The notes under the pieces were generated by a model that saw nothing but the letters and a program-made list of their open reading frames with translations, had not been told where the DNA came from and searched no databases. From the IMG/VR virus record IMGVR_UViG_3300038530_003247, positions 32,001-96,000 of that record: a stretch of 64,000 nt of DNA; one strand, written 5' to 3'. The DNA is from a virus. Taxonomy: Duplodnaviria; Caudoviricetes. Below, one piece after another: positions 17,028 through 26,358 of the stretch. Every line of letters begins with the position of its first letter. Position 1 is the stretch's first letter. The position numbers and the translations under genes are program-made.

Positions 17028-18031
17028 TGGATTTTCTAAAAGAAATTGTAAAAGAGATTGGTGATGAGTACACTCAGTTAGCATCTGATATTGATGAGAC
17101 AGAATCTTATGTGGACACGGGTTCTTACATTTTTAACGGACTTGTTTCAGGGTCTATATTTGGTGGTGTATCTGGGAATAAGATTACTGCCATTGCTGGT
17201 GAGTCTAGTACTGGAAAAACTTTTTTCAGTCTTGCTGTCGTCAAGAACTTCCTTGATTCTAACCCTGATGGTTATTGTTTATATTTTGACACTGAAGCCG
17301 CTGTTAACAAGTCTCTTCTCGCAGATCGAGGCATCGATCTCGACAGGTTTGTTGTAGTCAACGTTGTTACAATTGAACAATTCAGACAGAAGGCACTTCA
17401 AGCTGTCGACATTTATTTGAAGAAACCTGAGGGTGAACGTAAACCTTGTATGTTTGTTCTTGACTCTCTTGGAATGCTCTCCACTGAGAAGGAGATTACC
17501 GATGCCCTGAATGATAAACAGGTTCGTGACATGACAAAATCACAGCTTGTTAAAGGTGCTTTCAGGATGCTGACCTTGAAGTTAGGTCAAGCTAAGATAC
17601 CTATGATCGTCACTAATCACACCTACGATGTTATCGGAGCTTATGTCCCTACTAAGGAAATGGGAGGAGGTAGTGGCCTCAAGTACGCCGCGTCTACGAT
17701 CGTTTATCTCTCAAAGAAAAAAGAAAAGGATGGAACAACTATTGTCGGCAACCTTATCAAAGCTAAAACGGCAAAGTCGAGACTGAGTAAGGAGAACAAG
17801 GATGTTACAGTACGTCTTTATTACGATGAGCGTGGTCTTGATCGATATTATGGTCTTCTTGAACTCGGTGAGATTGGCGGACTTTGGAAAAACGTTGCTG
17901 GTCGATATGAGATGAATGGTAAGAAGGTCTACGCCAAGGCTATCTTGAAAGACCCAGAACAATACTTCACTGATGAAGTGATGCAACAATTGGATGAAGT
18001 TGCTAAAAGGGAGTTTAGTTATGGCAGCTGA
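17027..18031 (+). CDS. uvsX: RecA-like recombinase UvsX
   Basis: GESSTGKT, FDTE, LDSLG, MGGGSGLKY. Confidence 0.95.
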   Translation: MDFLKEIVKEIGDEYTQLASDIDETESYVDTGSYIFNGLVSGSIFGGVSGNKITAIAGESSTGKTFFSLAVVKNFLDSNPDGYCLYFDTEAAVNKSLLADRGIDLDRFVVVNVVTIEQFRQKALQAVDIYLKKPEGERKPCMFVLDSLGMLSTEKEITDALNDKQVRDMTKSQLVKGAFRMLTLKLGQAKIPMIVTNHTYDVIGAYVPTKEMGGGSGLKYAASTIVYLSKKKEKDGTTIVGNLIKAKTAKSRLSKENKDVTVRLYYDERGLDRYYGLLELGEIGGLWKNVAGRYEMNGKKVYAKAILKDPEQYFTDEVMQQLDEVAKREFSYGS

Positions 18032-18587
18032 ACTGTCTTATGACTTTTCTAGATTGTCGAAAGAAAGTGATATCATCCAAATCCAGTATGACTGCAACAT
18101 ACACAAATCCGATGGAGAAGAAGCTCAGGTTTGGACATCAGATAATGAAGATGGTTTTTATTCTGACACTCGAAAATGTGATGCTTGGAATTTGGAACCC
18201 GAAGATATAAGCTTCTGTGAGAAATTTTCAAACATCATTAAAAGAGTGAATGCAGATAAGTGGAGAATGGATTTGAAGGGTGAATTTGAGATACCCTTAC
18301 AATTTCTACATTATCATGAACCTGGTCATCATTTTGACTGGCACCATGATGTTATGGTCGACATCGACTTTAATTTAGTAGGACTCCGTAAGATAACGAT
18401 GGTTTATTGTTTATCTAAGTCGAGTGACTATGAGGGTGGTGAATTTAATGTGATTAATTTTGACCAAAACATACACAGTGTTAAAATGGATAGGGGTGAT
18501 CTTATGATCCTCCCCTCAGCTGTTATGCACAAAGTCTCTCCTCTCATTAGTGGAGAGAGGAAAACTCTTGTTGGATGGTATGGATAG
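18021..18587 (+). CDS. 2OG-Fe(II) oxygenase
   Basis: WHHD, DYEGGE, HKV, GERKTLVGW. Confidence 0.88.
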   Translation: MAAELSYDFSRLSKESDIIQIQYDCNIHKSDGEEAQVWTSDNEDGFYSDTRKCDAWNLEPEDISFCEKFSNIIKRVNADKWRMDLKGEFEIPLQFLHYHEPGHHFDWHHDVMVDIDFNLVGLRKITMVYCLSKSSDYEGGEFNVINFDQNIHSVKMDRGDLMILPSAVMHKVSPLISGERKTLVGWYG

Positions 18588-19956
18588 TATTGAAATTCTG
18601 ATTCTTAAGAATCTGATTAATGATGAAGAGTTCCTCAGGAAGGTAATCCCTTTTCTCAAGAAAGATTATTTTCAAGATTATTCTCAGAAAGTTACCTTTG
18701 AGGAGATAAGTTCTTTTGTTGAGAACTATAATCGTATTCCATCTAAGGAAGTTCTTCTCATCGAGACCGAGAAGAGAAATGATATGAATGAGACAACCTT
18801 CAAAGAGGTTGCCACTTTCATTTCAAATTTGAATGAGTGTCCTGCTGAGTTTGAGTGGTTGTGTAACACCACAGAGAAGTGGTGTAGAGATCGCGCAATC
18901 TATCTGGCATTGATGGAGTCCATCAACATCGCTGATGGTAACGATGAGAAGAAGTCACCTGATGCGATTCCAAGTATTCTCTCTGATGCTCTTGCGATTT
19001 CATTTGATAATCACGTCGGTCACGATTATTTACAGGACTATGAAACACGTTATGAGAGCTACCACAGGAAGGAAGACAAGATTGAATTTGATCTCGAACA
19101 CTTTAACAAGATTACGAAAGGTGGTCTCCCTAACAAAACTCTTAACATCGCGCTTGCTGGTACAGGCGTCGGCAAGTCTCTATTCATGTGCCACATGGCT
19201 AGCTCCGTCTTGCTCCAAGGACGGAACGTTCTGTACATTACAATGGAAATGGCAGAAGAGAAGATTGCTGAACGAATTGACGCAAACTTATTAAATGTTA
19301 ATATACAGGAGATCACAGATCTTCCTAAACAAATGTTTGAAACCAAGGTAAATAACCTTGCGAAGAAGACACAGGGAACCCTGATCATTAAAGAGTATCC
19401 AACAGCCTCTGCTCATGTCGGACATTTCAAAGGACTTCTCAATGAACTTTCTCTTAAGAAATCATTTAGACCTGACATTATTTTCATTGATTACCTTAAT
19501 ATTTGTGCTTCCTCTCGGTATCGGGGAGGCAGCAATATCAATTCATATACGGTTATCAAGTCTATTGCTGAGGAGCTTAGAGGTTTGGCGTGTGAGGCAA
19601 ATGTTCCAATCGTCTCTGCTACTCAAACCACTCGTTCTGGTTATGGTAGCTCTGATGTTGAGCTTACTGATACTTCTGAGTCCTTTGGTCTCCCTGCTAC
19701 TGCTGATCTTATGTTTGCCCTTATTTCAACTGAAGAGCTTGAAGAACTTGGACAAATTCTGGTAAAACAACTCAAAAACAGGTACAATGATCCTACCATC
19801 CACAAGCGCTTTGTTGTCGGCATTGACAGGGCTAAAATGCGTCTCTATGATTGTGAGCAATCTGCACAAGATGACTTACTCAATTCGTCGTCCGATCCGG
19901 AGAATGTTGGGGAACAACCAAAACCAAAGAAATCATTTGAGGGATTCAAGTTCTAA
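18580..19956 (+). CDS. gp41: Replicative helicase gp41
   Basis: AGTGVGKS, IFIDYL, SATQTTR, KQLKNRY. Confidence 0.96.
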   Translation: MDSIEILILKNLINDEEFLRKVIPFLKKDYFQDYSQKVTFEEISSFVENYNRIPSKEVLLIETEKRNDMNETTFKEVATFISNLNECPAEFEWLCNTTEKWCRDRAIYLALMESINIADGNDEKKSPDAIPSILSDALAISFDNHVGHDYLQDYETRYESYHRKEDKIEFDLEHFNKITKGGLPNKTLNIALAGTGVGKSLFMCHMASSVLLQGRNVLYITMEMAEEKIAERIDANLLNVNIQEITDLPKQMFETKVNNLAKKTQGTLIIKEYPTASAHVGHFKGLLNELSLKKSFRPDIIFIDYLNICASSRYRGGSNINSYTVIKSIAEELRGLACEANVPIVSATQTTRSGYGSSDVELTDTSESFGLPATADLMFALISTEELEELGQILVKQLKNRYNDPTIHKRFVVGIDRAKMRLYDCEQSAQDDLLNSSSDPENVGEQPKPKKSFEGFKF

Positions 19957-20294
19957 TGGAAAGTAATGAACTGAGTGTAAAGAAAGAGAGTCAACTCGCA
20001 AGGAATGATGCACCTCATTATTATGAGGTGAAGATTAAAGGTCATCCTAATGGTGTGCCACAGATGCACTGTGGTAAAATCAAAGATGCAGAAAGACTTC
20101 TGGAGATGTATCCAGGCTCAACTATGAGCAAGATCTACTTTCCCCATCCACCCGAAACGGTTGACGTTTCTTATGTTACAATGGAGAACGACAAGCAACT
20201 TCCCACAATCAAAATTAGAGGACAGGAGATCTTCATCCAACAACAGTTGCCTCAAAATTGTCAAGAACCATTTATCCCTGATTTTCATGACTAA
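19956..20294 (+). CDS. Hypothetical protein
   Basis: Coupled ORF between gp41 and mazG. Confidence 0.65.
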   Translation: MESNELSVKKESQLARNDAPHYYEVKIKGHPNGVPQMHCGKIKDAERLLEMYPGSTMSKIYFPHPPETVDVSYVTMENDKQLPTIKIRGQEIFIQQQLPQNCQEPFIPDFHD

Positions 20295-20697
20295 ACAAGT
20301 TGACACTGACAAGTATCTGGAGTTTGTTAATGGAGTTACCTCACAGCCAAGTAAAGATCACGAAGCTTTCATCTATCGTCTTCAAGAGTTGGAAGGCCAA
20401 GGATTTCATTCCGAGCGACTGCTTACTGCTGCTGTAGGATTGTGTGCAGAGAGTGGTGAGTTTACTGAGGTTGTGAAGAAGATTGTGTTCCAGGGTAAAC
20501 CTGTGAATGAGGATAACATCTTTCACCTCAAGAGGGAACTTGGAGATGTGATGTGGTATCTTGCACAAGCTTGTATGGCTCTGGACACAACCATCGATGA
20601 GGTTATTGAGATGAATGTTGATAAACTTCAATCTCGTTACCCTGGTGGTAGTTTTGATGTACACTATTCTGAAAATCGTAAAGAAGGAGACGTCTGA
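20287..20697 (+). CDS. mazG: MazG nucleotide pyrophosphohydrolase
   Basis: ESGEFTEVVKK, ELGDVMWY, N..KL..RYP. Confidence 0.93.
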   Translation: MTKQVDTDKYLEFVNGVTSQPSKDHEAFIYRLQELEGQGFHSERLLTAAVGLCAESGEFTEVVKKIVFQGKPVNEDNIFHLKRELGDVMWYLAQACMALDTTIDEVIEMNVDKLQSRYPGGSFDVHYSENRKEGDV

Positions 20698-21116
20698 TGA
20701 ATGGCAATTTAGAACCAGAGGAGAGAGTTATGGACGATGAGCTGATTGCAAATCGTAAGTCTGCTGCTGTGATGAAGGCATTGCATGACAAGATTAAAGA
20801 AACGATCGCAACTCTTGGTTGGGATTGTTATGATAATGTTACCGTTGAAATTGGAGGTACTCAAGTCTCTGGTATCGATGTTGGTGAGGTCTACAATAAG
20901 AAGTGGCAGTCACCTATTGGTACTCGCAAGTACAATAAAGACGCCTTCATTATTATCAAGAACCAGGATCGTAGAGACTTGAGTAAGTCTGAACCCTTTG
21001 GTGATGGTGAGTTTAAACCACAACACCCATACACTCCTCCCTCTGAAGATCAAGAAATTGTTGTAAACATGGATGGTGGAGTTGGTGGGTCTTGGGAAGT
21101 TAAAGAAGAATCTTGA
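20697..21116 (+). CDS. Hypothetical protein
   Basis: Coupled ORF, 139 aa. Confidence 0.7.
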   Translation: MNGNLEPEERVMDDELIANRKSAAVMKALHDKIKETIATLGWDCYDNVTVEIGGTQVSGIDVGEVYNKKWQSPIGTRKYNKDAFIIIKNQDRRDLSKSEPFGDGEFKPQHPYTPPSEDQEIVVNMDGGVGGSWEVKEES

Positions 21117-21135
21117 ACACTTATCTTAGAAAATT

Positions 21136-21339
21136 ATGATCAATGTAGAAGTACCAGTTAGAACTGCTGCAGCAGTCAGACAAGTTCTGTTTGATGAACA
21201 GAAAATTTATACTCATGATGATGACACCACTCCAGAACGAATCAAAGAAATTCGTGGAGTGATTCAACAACTTGACGAAGGAATTGAAGCTGCTCTCAAG
21301 ACACTTGAAGAACAAATTCAGAAGGGGTCTGAGGAATGA
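21136..21339 (+). CDS. Hypothetical protein
   Basis: 67-aa ORF in the co-directional array. Confidence 0.65.
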   Translation: MINVEVPVRTAAAVRQVLFDEQKIYTHDDDTTPERIKEIRGVIQQLDEGIEAALKTLEEQIQKGSEE

Positions 21340-21449
21340 AGTATCTTTTTGTTGGTCTTGTTGCCACTCTTGTTTGGGAGTTTGGTCACCCTTACATCCC
21401 TGGATTGGTTGTTGATCATGAACACACACATGTGGAGGAAGTTCGATGA
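21336..21449 (+). CDS. Membrane microprotein with His cluster (37 aa)
   Basis: MKYLFVGLVATLVWEFGHPYIPGLVVDHEHTHVEEVR; ATGA overlaps at both ends. Confidence 0.6.
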   Translation: MKYLFVGLVATLVWEFGHPYIPGLVVDHEHTHVEEVR

Positions 21450-21658
21450 AAATTCTTACTCTCGAAGATTATCAAAAGGCTGGTGAACATTTCTGGTCAA
21501 AGTACTGGTATGTTGCTAAAGAACTTGGTGAAGATGCCAAGACAGAAGACATCCTGAAAGTCATGGAGACTCTCGGTGGTGTAGCTCTTCAGTTCAAAAA
21601 CGAGGAAGATGGTGTAGGACCATTTGGGTTCAACAAAGGCGAGAAAGAAGAAGCATAA
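21446..21658 (+). CDS. Conserved cyanophage hypothetical protein
   Basis: YWYVAKELGEDAKTEDILKVME; GGAGG SD. Confidence 0.7.
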   Translation: MKILTLEDYQKAGEHFWSKYWYVAKELGEDAKTEDILKVMETLGGVALQFKNEEDGVGPFGFNKGEKEEA

Positions 21659-21661
21659 ATA
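21655..21661 (+). promoter_or_regulatory. T4-type late promoter
   Basis: ATAAATA; TAAATA cores also at 26322, 27572, 28314, 28557, 56274, 57802, 59109. Confidence 0.65.
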
Positions 21662-21687
21662 ACTTCTAGGAATATTCTAAAAGTAAG

Positions 21688-22665
21688 ATGTCAGACATGA
21701 ATGACTTGTGCAGAGTGTATTCTGCTGTACATAATTCGGAAGTCAAAAAAGAAATCACAGAGGCTAGAGATGCATTTAGTGAGATGGATCTCTCGAAGAT
21801 GACTAAGTCCGATCTTTATGAGATGGCTGAAGAAATCTTTGAAGAGATCTTCTCCACCGGACTCACTCTCAAACAAGTAGACACTGTTCTTGGTTCCGTT
21901 ATGGAGGAAGTCTCCTCTGTCACCACGTCTGAATTTAGGGCTGATAAGATTGAGAGATTGGCCGAAGCTTTTGATGAAGTGTTTGAGAAGGTCACAGAGA
22001 ATTCTGAAAGAAACTGCGTTGAGATGTTCCTCAAGTATCGGAAGAACAAGCCTCTCAATGAGAAGTGGTACAGCAGAGTTAATCATGAACAAGGAAATGA
22101 TAAAATCCACGCAGCTCTGATTGCTCAGGACAAGAAGAACATCAAGGAAAGCATTCTGTCTCTCGTTGAGAAGAAGGTTATGGATTCTTCTTACCTTGAG
22201 ACCAATATGAAGAAGAGACAAGAGAATAACGAGAAGGCTCGTAAGGACATGAAGAAGATGGGCACTTCTATGAAGAACCCTCACTTTGAAGAAGTTTCTC
22301 AGATCAGAAAGGACTGGTCCGGAGCTTACTCTTCCATCTATGAGAAGAAGCTTGATCCCGTTGGTCAGGAAGATGGTGACATCGACAATGATGGTGACGA
22401 GGATTCCTCTGATAAGTATCTCGCCAAGAGACGTAAGGCCATTGCCAAGGCCATGGGTAAGGACAAGGAAGAGATGAAGGAAACCTACACTGTCACTAAT
22501 GCTGACAAGAAAGGTAACACCAAAGCATATCAGAACTACAAAGCTGGTATGAAGAAGAAAGATGGTAGCCCAATGTACAAGGCTGCTGATCACATGAAAG
22601 AGAGTAAGTTCTCCGAGGCTGAACTGAAGGCTATTGAAGAGAAGGTAAATAGCTGGGAAGACTGA
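21688..22665 (+). CDS. Probable virion/internal head protein with Asp-rich Ca-binding-like motif
   Basis: Late promoter; EDGDIDNDGDEDSSDKYL; several hydrophobic-X-E sites. Confidence 0.7.
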   Translation: MSDMNDLCRVYSAVHNSEVKKEITEARDAFSEMDLSKMTKSDLYEMAEEIFEEIFSTGLTLKQVDTVLGSVMEEVSSVTTSEFRADKIERLAEAFDEVFEKVTENSERNCVEMFLKYRKNKPLNEKWYSRVNHEQGNDKIHAALIAQDKKNIKESILSLVEKKVMDSSYLETNMKKRQENNEKARKDMKKMGTSMKNPHFEEVSQIRKDWSGAYSSIYEKKLDPVGQEDGDIDNDGDEDSSDKYLAKRRKAIAKAMGKDKEEMKETYTVTNADKKGNTKAYQNYKAGMKKKDGSPMYKAADHMKESKFSEAELKAIEEKVNSWED

Positions 22666-22683
22666 TAAACTGGAGGATCGGTA

Positions 22684-24717
22684 ATGAGAGACGTTTTTAA
22701 GTATTTTAAATACGCAAGATCCGTCCAACAAGATGTTATCTCTGAGAGCACAACTTCTGAAAGAGCTCATGAACTGGGTTATGAATATCAGTCTCGTGGT
22801 GTCTGGTTAGACCCACAGACTGGTAAGAAGTATCGTGCTCAGGGAACTCAGTTCAAAGAGATTGATACTGTACAACCAAAAGAAAGAGAGCCAGCTGCTC
22901 AAGGGGAACCGAAATCTGAGAGAAAACCTGCACAGTCGGAAAAAGAAGAGGGTGGTGAGAAACAAGTTCTATCTAATCCTCAGGTCAACAGAGTTGTTGC
23001 TGGTGGTCCGACGGCGACTGCTCTTGCTACTGGAGATCAAAAGTCTGTTGAGAAACAACTCTCAAGAGGAAGAGAGGATGTCCAAAGTGCAGAGAGAAAG
23101 GCACAGATCAAAGCTCAGGCAGCTGCTTTGATTTCTGCAGACAGGGCTAAGAGACAGGCTGAAGCTGATGCCGCTGCTGAAGCAGAAGCACCAGAGGGTC
23201 TCGATGATCTTCTTAGTGACATCAGGGATGAGGAACCTGCGAAGAAACCAGAAGACTTCCCCACAGTTGATGATAAGATTGCTGAAGTTGACCAAGAACT
23301 GGATGGTCTTGACGACGATGAGGCCTTTGAGTATGAGTATGATAGGTTCCAACAGGATCTTAAGAAGACCATGAAGGACTTGACTGATCGTCAACGTAAG
23401 ATGATGGAGAAGAAGTTCGCAAATTTCCGAGAGAGTCTAAAGAACATTCCTTCTGCATCTGATAGGAGGTCATTCATTCAGTCCATGGCACATGCGAAGA
23501 CTTTTGAGGGTAGAACGAATGCAGGTGCAGGTAAGAATAACCTGGGATATGCCGATGTTCAGAATCTGATGGCCAATCGTGATAGGTTGTTGGAAGGTTA
23601 TGGTGACGGATCACCAAAACAAATTAAGAAATTTGTCAAATCTGTCAGATCTAATAAAGTATCTGATGATTTTGTTGATGCATCTTTTGAGATTCTCCCT
23701 GACGTCTTCAAGAAATCATTGAGTGGTAAAGGTCAAGTGACCAACGATAAATATGTGTCCGACGACAAGGCTCATAAAGACATTCATTACCTCGGTAAAA
23801 ACAAGGATGGAACAATTCGTCGTGGACCTGCATCCAATAAAGAAAGAGCAAAACATATGTGGAGGATCTACCTGGAACAGGGTGGTCGTGACGCATACAC
23901 AGGTCTCCCTCTTGACCTGCAAGCCATGGATCTTGAGCACGTCCGTGGTTTTAACAATAAAGATGGTGGCGCGCCGGGTAAAGAACAGTGGGAACAGAGA
24001 GAAAATGATGATAACATGACTCTCATCAACTCAAACATCAACCAGAAGAAGGTTGATCTTTCGATGGAAGATTTCTTCAAGAGAGAAGTTGATCCCCATA
24101 AGGATAAGTCTGAAGATGACTTTGGAGGAATTGAGAAACTCTTTGAGAAGCAGAACGAGATTGGTAGTGTTGGTGATCAACTAGCCAAAACACTTCTGGG
24201 TGAAGGTGGTAAGGGACTTGGTGATCAAGTTACTAAGGACATTCTCCTTCAATACTTCTCGGATGATGACAAAAGATATACTGATCTTAGAAATGAGTTC
24301 CGTAGAGTAGCAACAGATGATAAGGATAAAAAGAAAGCAGCTGGTATGAAGTCAAAACTTGGTAAAACACTCCTGAAAGCCACTGGTTTGTCTCGTGGTA
24401 TTACTGACCCATCAGGTAGAAGGACAGTTGCACTTCAAGAAAATGTGTATCGTGGTTTCCTTCAGTCGATGGCTGGAGCAAAATCAACAGATCGTCAGAG
24501 ATATATGGATGGTTGGGCTCAGGCCATCAAGGCTGGTAACGACGAAAGATCACCAAAGGCAGTTAACAGAACACTGGTTGAACTGGGACTGATTGATGAG
24601 GATATCTTGAACGATAGGAAGGCTGGAAGAGTGTTCAAAGAGGAATTGGAAGAGTTGACAAAACTATCAGGACGCGATAGAATTGAAAGACTGAAAAGAT
24701 CTCTAAGAGACATTTGA
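22684..24717 (+). CDS. Large protein with HNH-like nuclease domain
   Basis: DAYTG...DLEHV...NMTLINSNINQKK; N-terminal module shared with ORF 26359. Confidence 0.65.
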   Translation: MRDVFKYFKYARSVQQDVISESTTSERAHELGYEYQSRGVWLDPQTGKKYRAQGTQFKEIDTVQPKEREPAAQGEPKSERKPAQSEKEEGGEKQVLSNPQVNRVVAGGPTATALATGDQKSVEKQLSRGREDVQSAERKAQIKAQAAALISADRAKRQAEADAAAEAEAPEGLDDLLSDIRDEEPAKKPEDFPTVDDKIAEVDQELDGLDDDEAFEYEYDRFQQDLKKTMKDLTDRQRKMMEKKFANFRESLKNIPSASDRRSFIQSMAHAKTFEGRTNAGAGKNNLGYADVQNLMANRDRLLEGYGDGSPKQIKKFVKSVRSNKVSDDFVDASFEILPDVFKKSLSGKGQVTNDKYVSDDKAHKDIHYLGKNKDGTIRRGPASNKERAKHMWRIYLEQGGRDAYTGLPLDLQAMDLEHVRGFNNKDGGAPGKEQWEQRENDDNMTLINSNINQKKVDLSMEDFFKREVDPHKDKSEDDFGGIEKLFEKQNEIGSVGDQLAKTLLGEGGKGLGDQVTKDILLQYFSDDDKRYTDLRNEFRRVATDDKDKKKAAGMKSKLGKTLLKATGLSRGITDPSGRRTVALQENVYRGFLQSMAGAKSTDRQRYMDGWAQAIKAGNDERSPKAVNRTLVELGLIDEDILNDRKAGRVFKEELEELTKLSGRDRIERLKRSLRDI

Positions 24718-24737
24718 AAACCCACTAGATATTTTTA

Positions 24738-25589
24738 ATGACACTTGAAATTAACAAAGTTCACTTGATGAATAACATTGAGGGGACTCAATTGATGGAG
24801 CCTGACTCAGTCAATCTGGTTGTCACTTCTCCACCCTATGATAACCTCAGAGAATACAATGACTCCTCTTCTTGGAACTTTGATGTGTTCAAGAAGGTTG
24901 CTGATGGACTCATTCGTGTTCTCAAACCAGGTGGTGTGATTGCATGGAACGTTGCTGATGCCATCGTTGAACTTCACAAGAAGCAAGGAACTTCGAGAAC
25001 TGGTTCTTCATTCCGTCAGTGTCTTTACTTCCAAGAACAGGGACTGAACTTCCACGACCTTATCATTTACGAGAAACCAGCTGCTCGTTTCTCAGCTTCT
25101 GTAACTGGACTTCGTTACTCTGATGTGTTTGAGTATGTCTTCATCATGACGAAGGGGAAACCAGATCACATGCAAGTGATTGCAGACAAGAAGAACAAAG
25201 GTTTCGGAACAACCTTCACCAAAGATGGTGGACGAAACAAGGATGGAACTCGTAACCGTGACGCAAAGAAGACACAGATTGCTGTGAAGGAGTTCGGTGT
25301 TCGTCATAATATCTGGAGAATCAATAACTCATGTGGAGCTCACGGGATGCCCAAGGAGGCTTACGAACACCCAGCTCTGATGCCACAGGAACTGGCAGAT
25401 GACCTGATTCGTTCTTACTCTCGTGAAGGTGACCTGGTGTTGGACCCCTTCATGGGTTCTGGAACCACAGCAAGAATGGCTTACAAGAACAATCGTGATT
25501 ATATTGGGTTTGAGATCGACCCCACTTACCATGAGTTGTGTGTCAACCTCAACGCTTCCGAATGTAACTCCGTATTTGACAAACTCTAA
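24738..25589 (+). CDS. DNA methyltransferase (N4-C/N6-A, beta class)
   Basis: Motif IV VTSPPY near N-terminus, HPA, motif I DPFMGSGTT near C-terminus. Confidence 0.92.
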   Translation: MTLEINKVHLMNNIEGTQLMEPDSVNLVVTSPPYDNLREYNDSSSWNFDVFKKVADGLIRVLKPGGVIAWNVADAIVELHKKQGTSRTGSSFRQCLYFQEQGLNFHDLIIYEKPAARFSASVTGLRYSDVFEYVFIMTKGKPDHMQVIADKKNKGFGTTFTKDGGRNKDGTRNRDAKKTQIAVKEFGVRHNIWRINNSCGAHGMPKEAYEHPALMPQELADDLIRSYSREGDLVLDPFMGSGTTARMAYKNNRDYIGFEIDPTYHELCVNLNASECNSVFDKL

Positions 25590-25604
25590 AACACCTGTTA
25601 GTAT
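25576..25604 (+). promoter_or_regulatory. Sigma70-type early promoter of the sigma factor gene
   Basis: TTGACA-N17-TAGTAT with extended TG. Confidence 0.65.
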
Positions 25605-25626
25605 AAGATCCCATCACACATCACCC

Positions 25627-26328
25627 ATGCAATTCGCCAAACAAATTGATCACGTTGAAGAAATTGAACTTTGTAAGAAGGCACAACAAGGAGGAGATGA
25701 GGGTGAGAGGGCTAAGAGTGTAGTGGTCAATGCCAATCTTGGTTTGGTTGCTCACATCGCAAAGAAGAACTATTACAAGAACGATCAATATTCTTTTGAC
25801 GATCTCTTCCAAGAAGGAGTGTTTGGTCTTGTTCGTGCAATCGAAAAGTTCGATCCAACAGAAGGTTGTAGGTTCTCAACTTATTCTTATTACTGGATCT
25901 ATGCTTTCGTTAGTAGGTTTAAGAATAATAACAGGGGAAGCATTCGTCTCCCTCTTCATGTGACCGATAAGATGAGGAGTCTTGAGAAGAAAGACAAGGT
26001 TGCTTTTGAGGAATATAAATCGAAGATCCCTGTGGTGGTCTCTCTGAACAAGATGATTGGTGATTCTACTTCTATCTTGGACTTGATATCTGATGAAGAT
26101 GAAACAAATATTCTTGACCGAATCGATAACGAACTTCTGATGGAACAAATCAAAGAACTTCTTTCTGAGAAAGAGTTTGATGTCCTTTGTAATCGTTATG
26201 GTCTTGAGGGACGAGAGCAGAAGACTCACCGTGAATGTGCCAAGATTTATGGAGTCTCCCACACCGCAGTTTATCTGATTGAGAAGAAGGCTTTTGAGAA
26301 AATTAGGAAAACATTTGCCACTAAATAA
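25627..26328 (+). CDS. Sigma70-family (RpoD-like) RNA polymerase sigma factor
   Basis: ANLGLV, DLFQEGVFGLVRAIEKFDP..G.RFSTY, IRLPLH, VSL, region 4 RYGL...YGVS...IEKKA. Confidence 0.88.
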   Translation: MQFAKQIDHVEEIELCKKAQQGGDEGERAKSVVVNANLGLVAHIAKKNYYKNDQYSFDDLFQEGVFGLVRAIEKFDPTEGCRFSTYSYYWIYAFVSRFKNNNRGSIRLPLHVTDKMRSLEKKDKVAFEEYKSKIPVVVSLNKMIGDSTSILDLISDEDETNILDRIDNELLMEQIKELLSEKEFDVLCNRYGLEGREQKTHRECAKIYGVSHTAVYLIEKKAFEKIRKTFATK

Positions 26329-26358
26329 TAAAAACACTGAGTGTAAGTGTAGTAAGTG

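Noticed and set aside
21691-22770. 359-aa minus-strand ORF, and the many other antisense or nested ORFs in the track
   Set aside because: These are shadows of plus-strand genes with no recognisable motifs, and the window is uniformly plus-strand coded.
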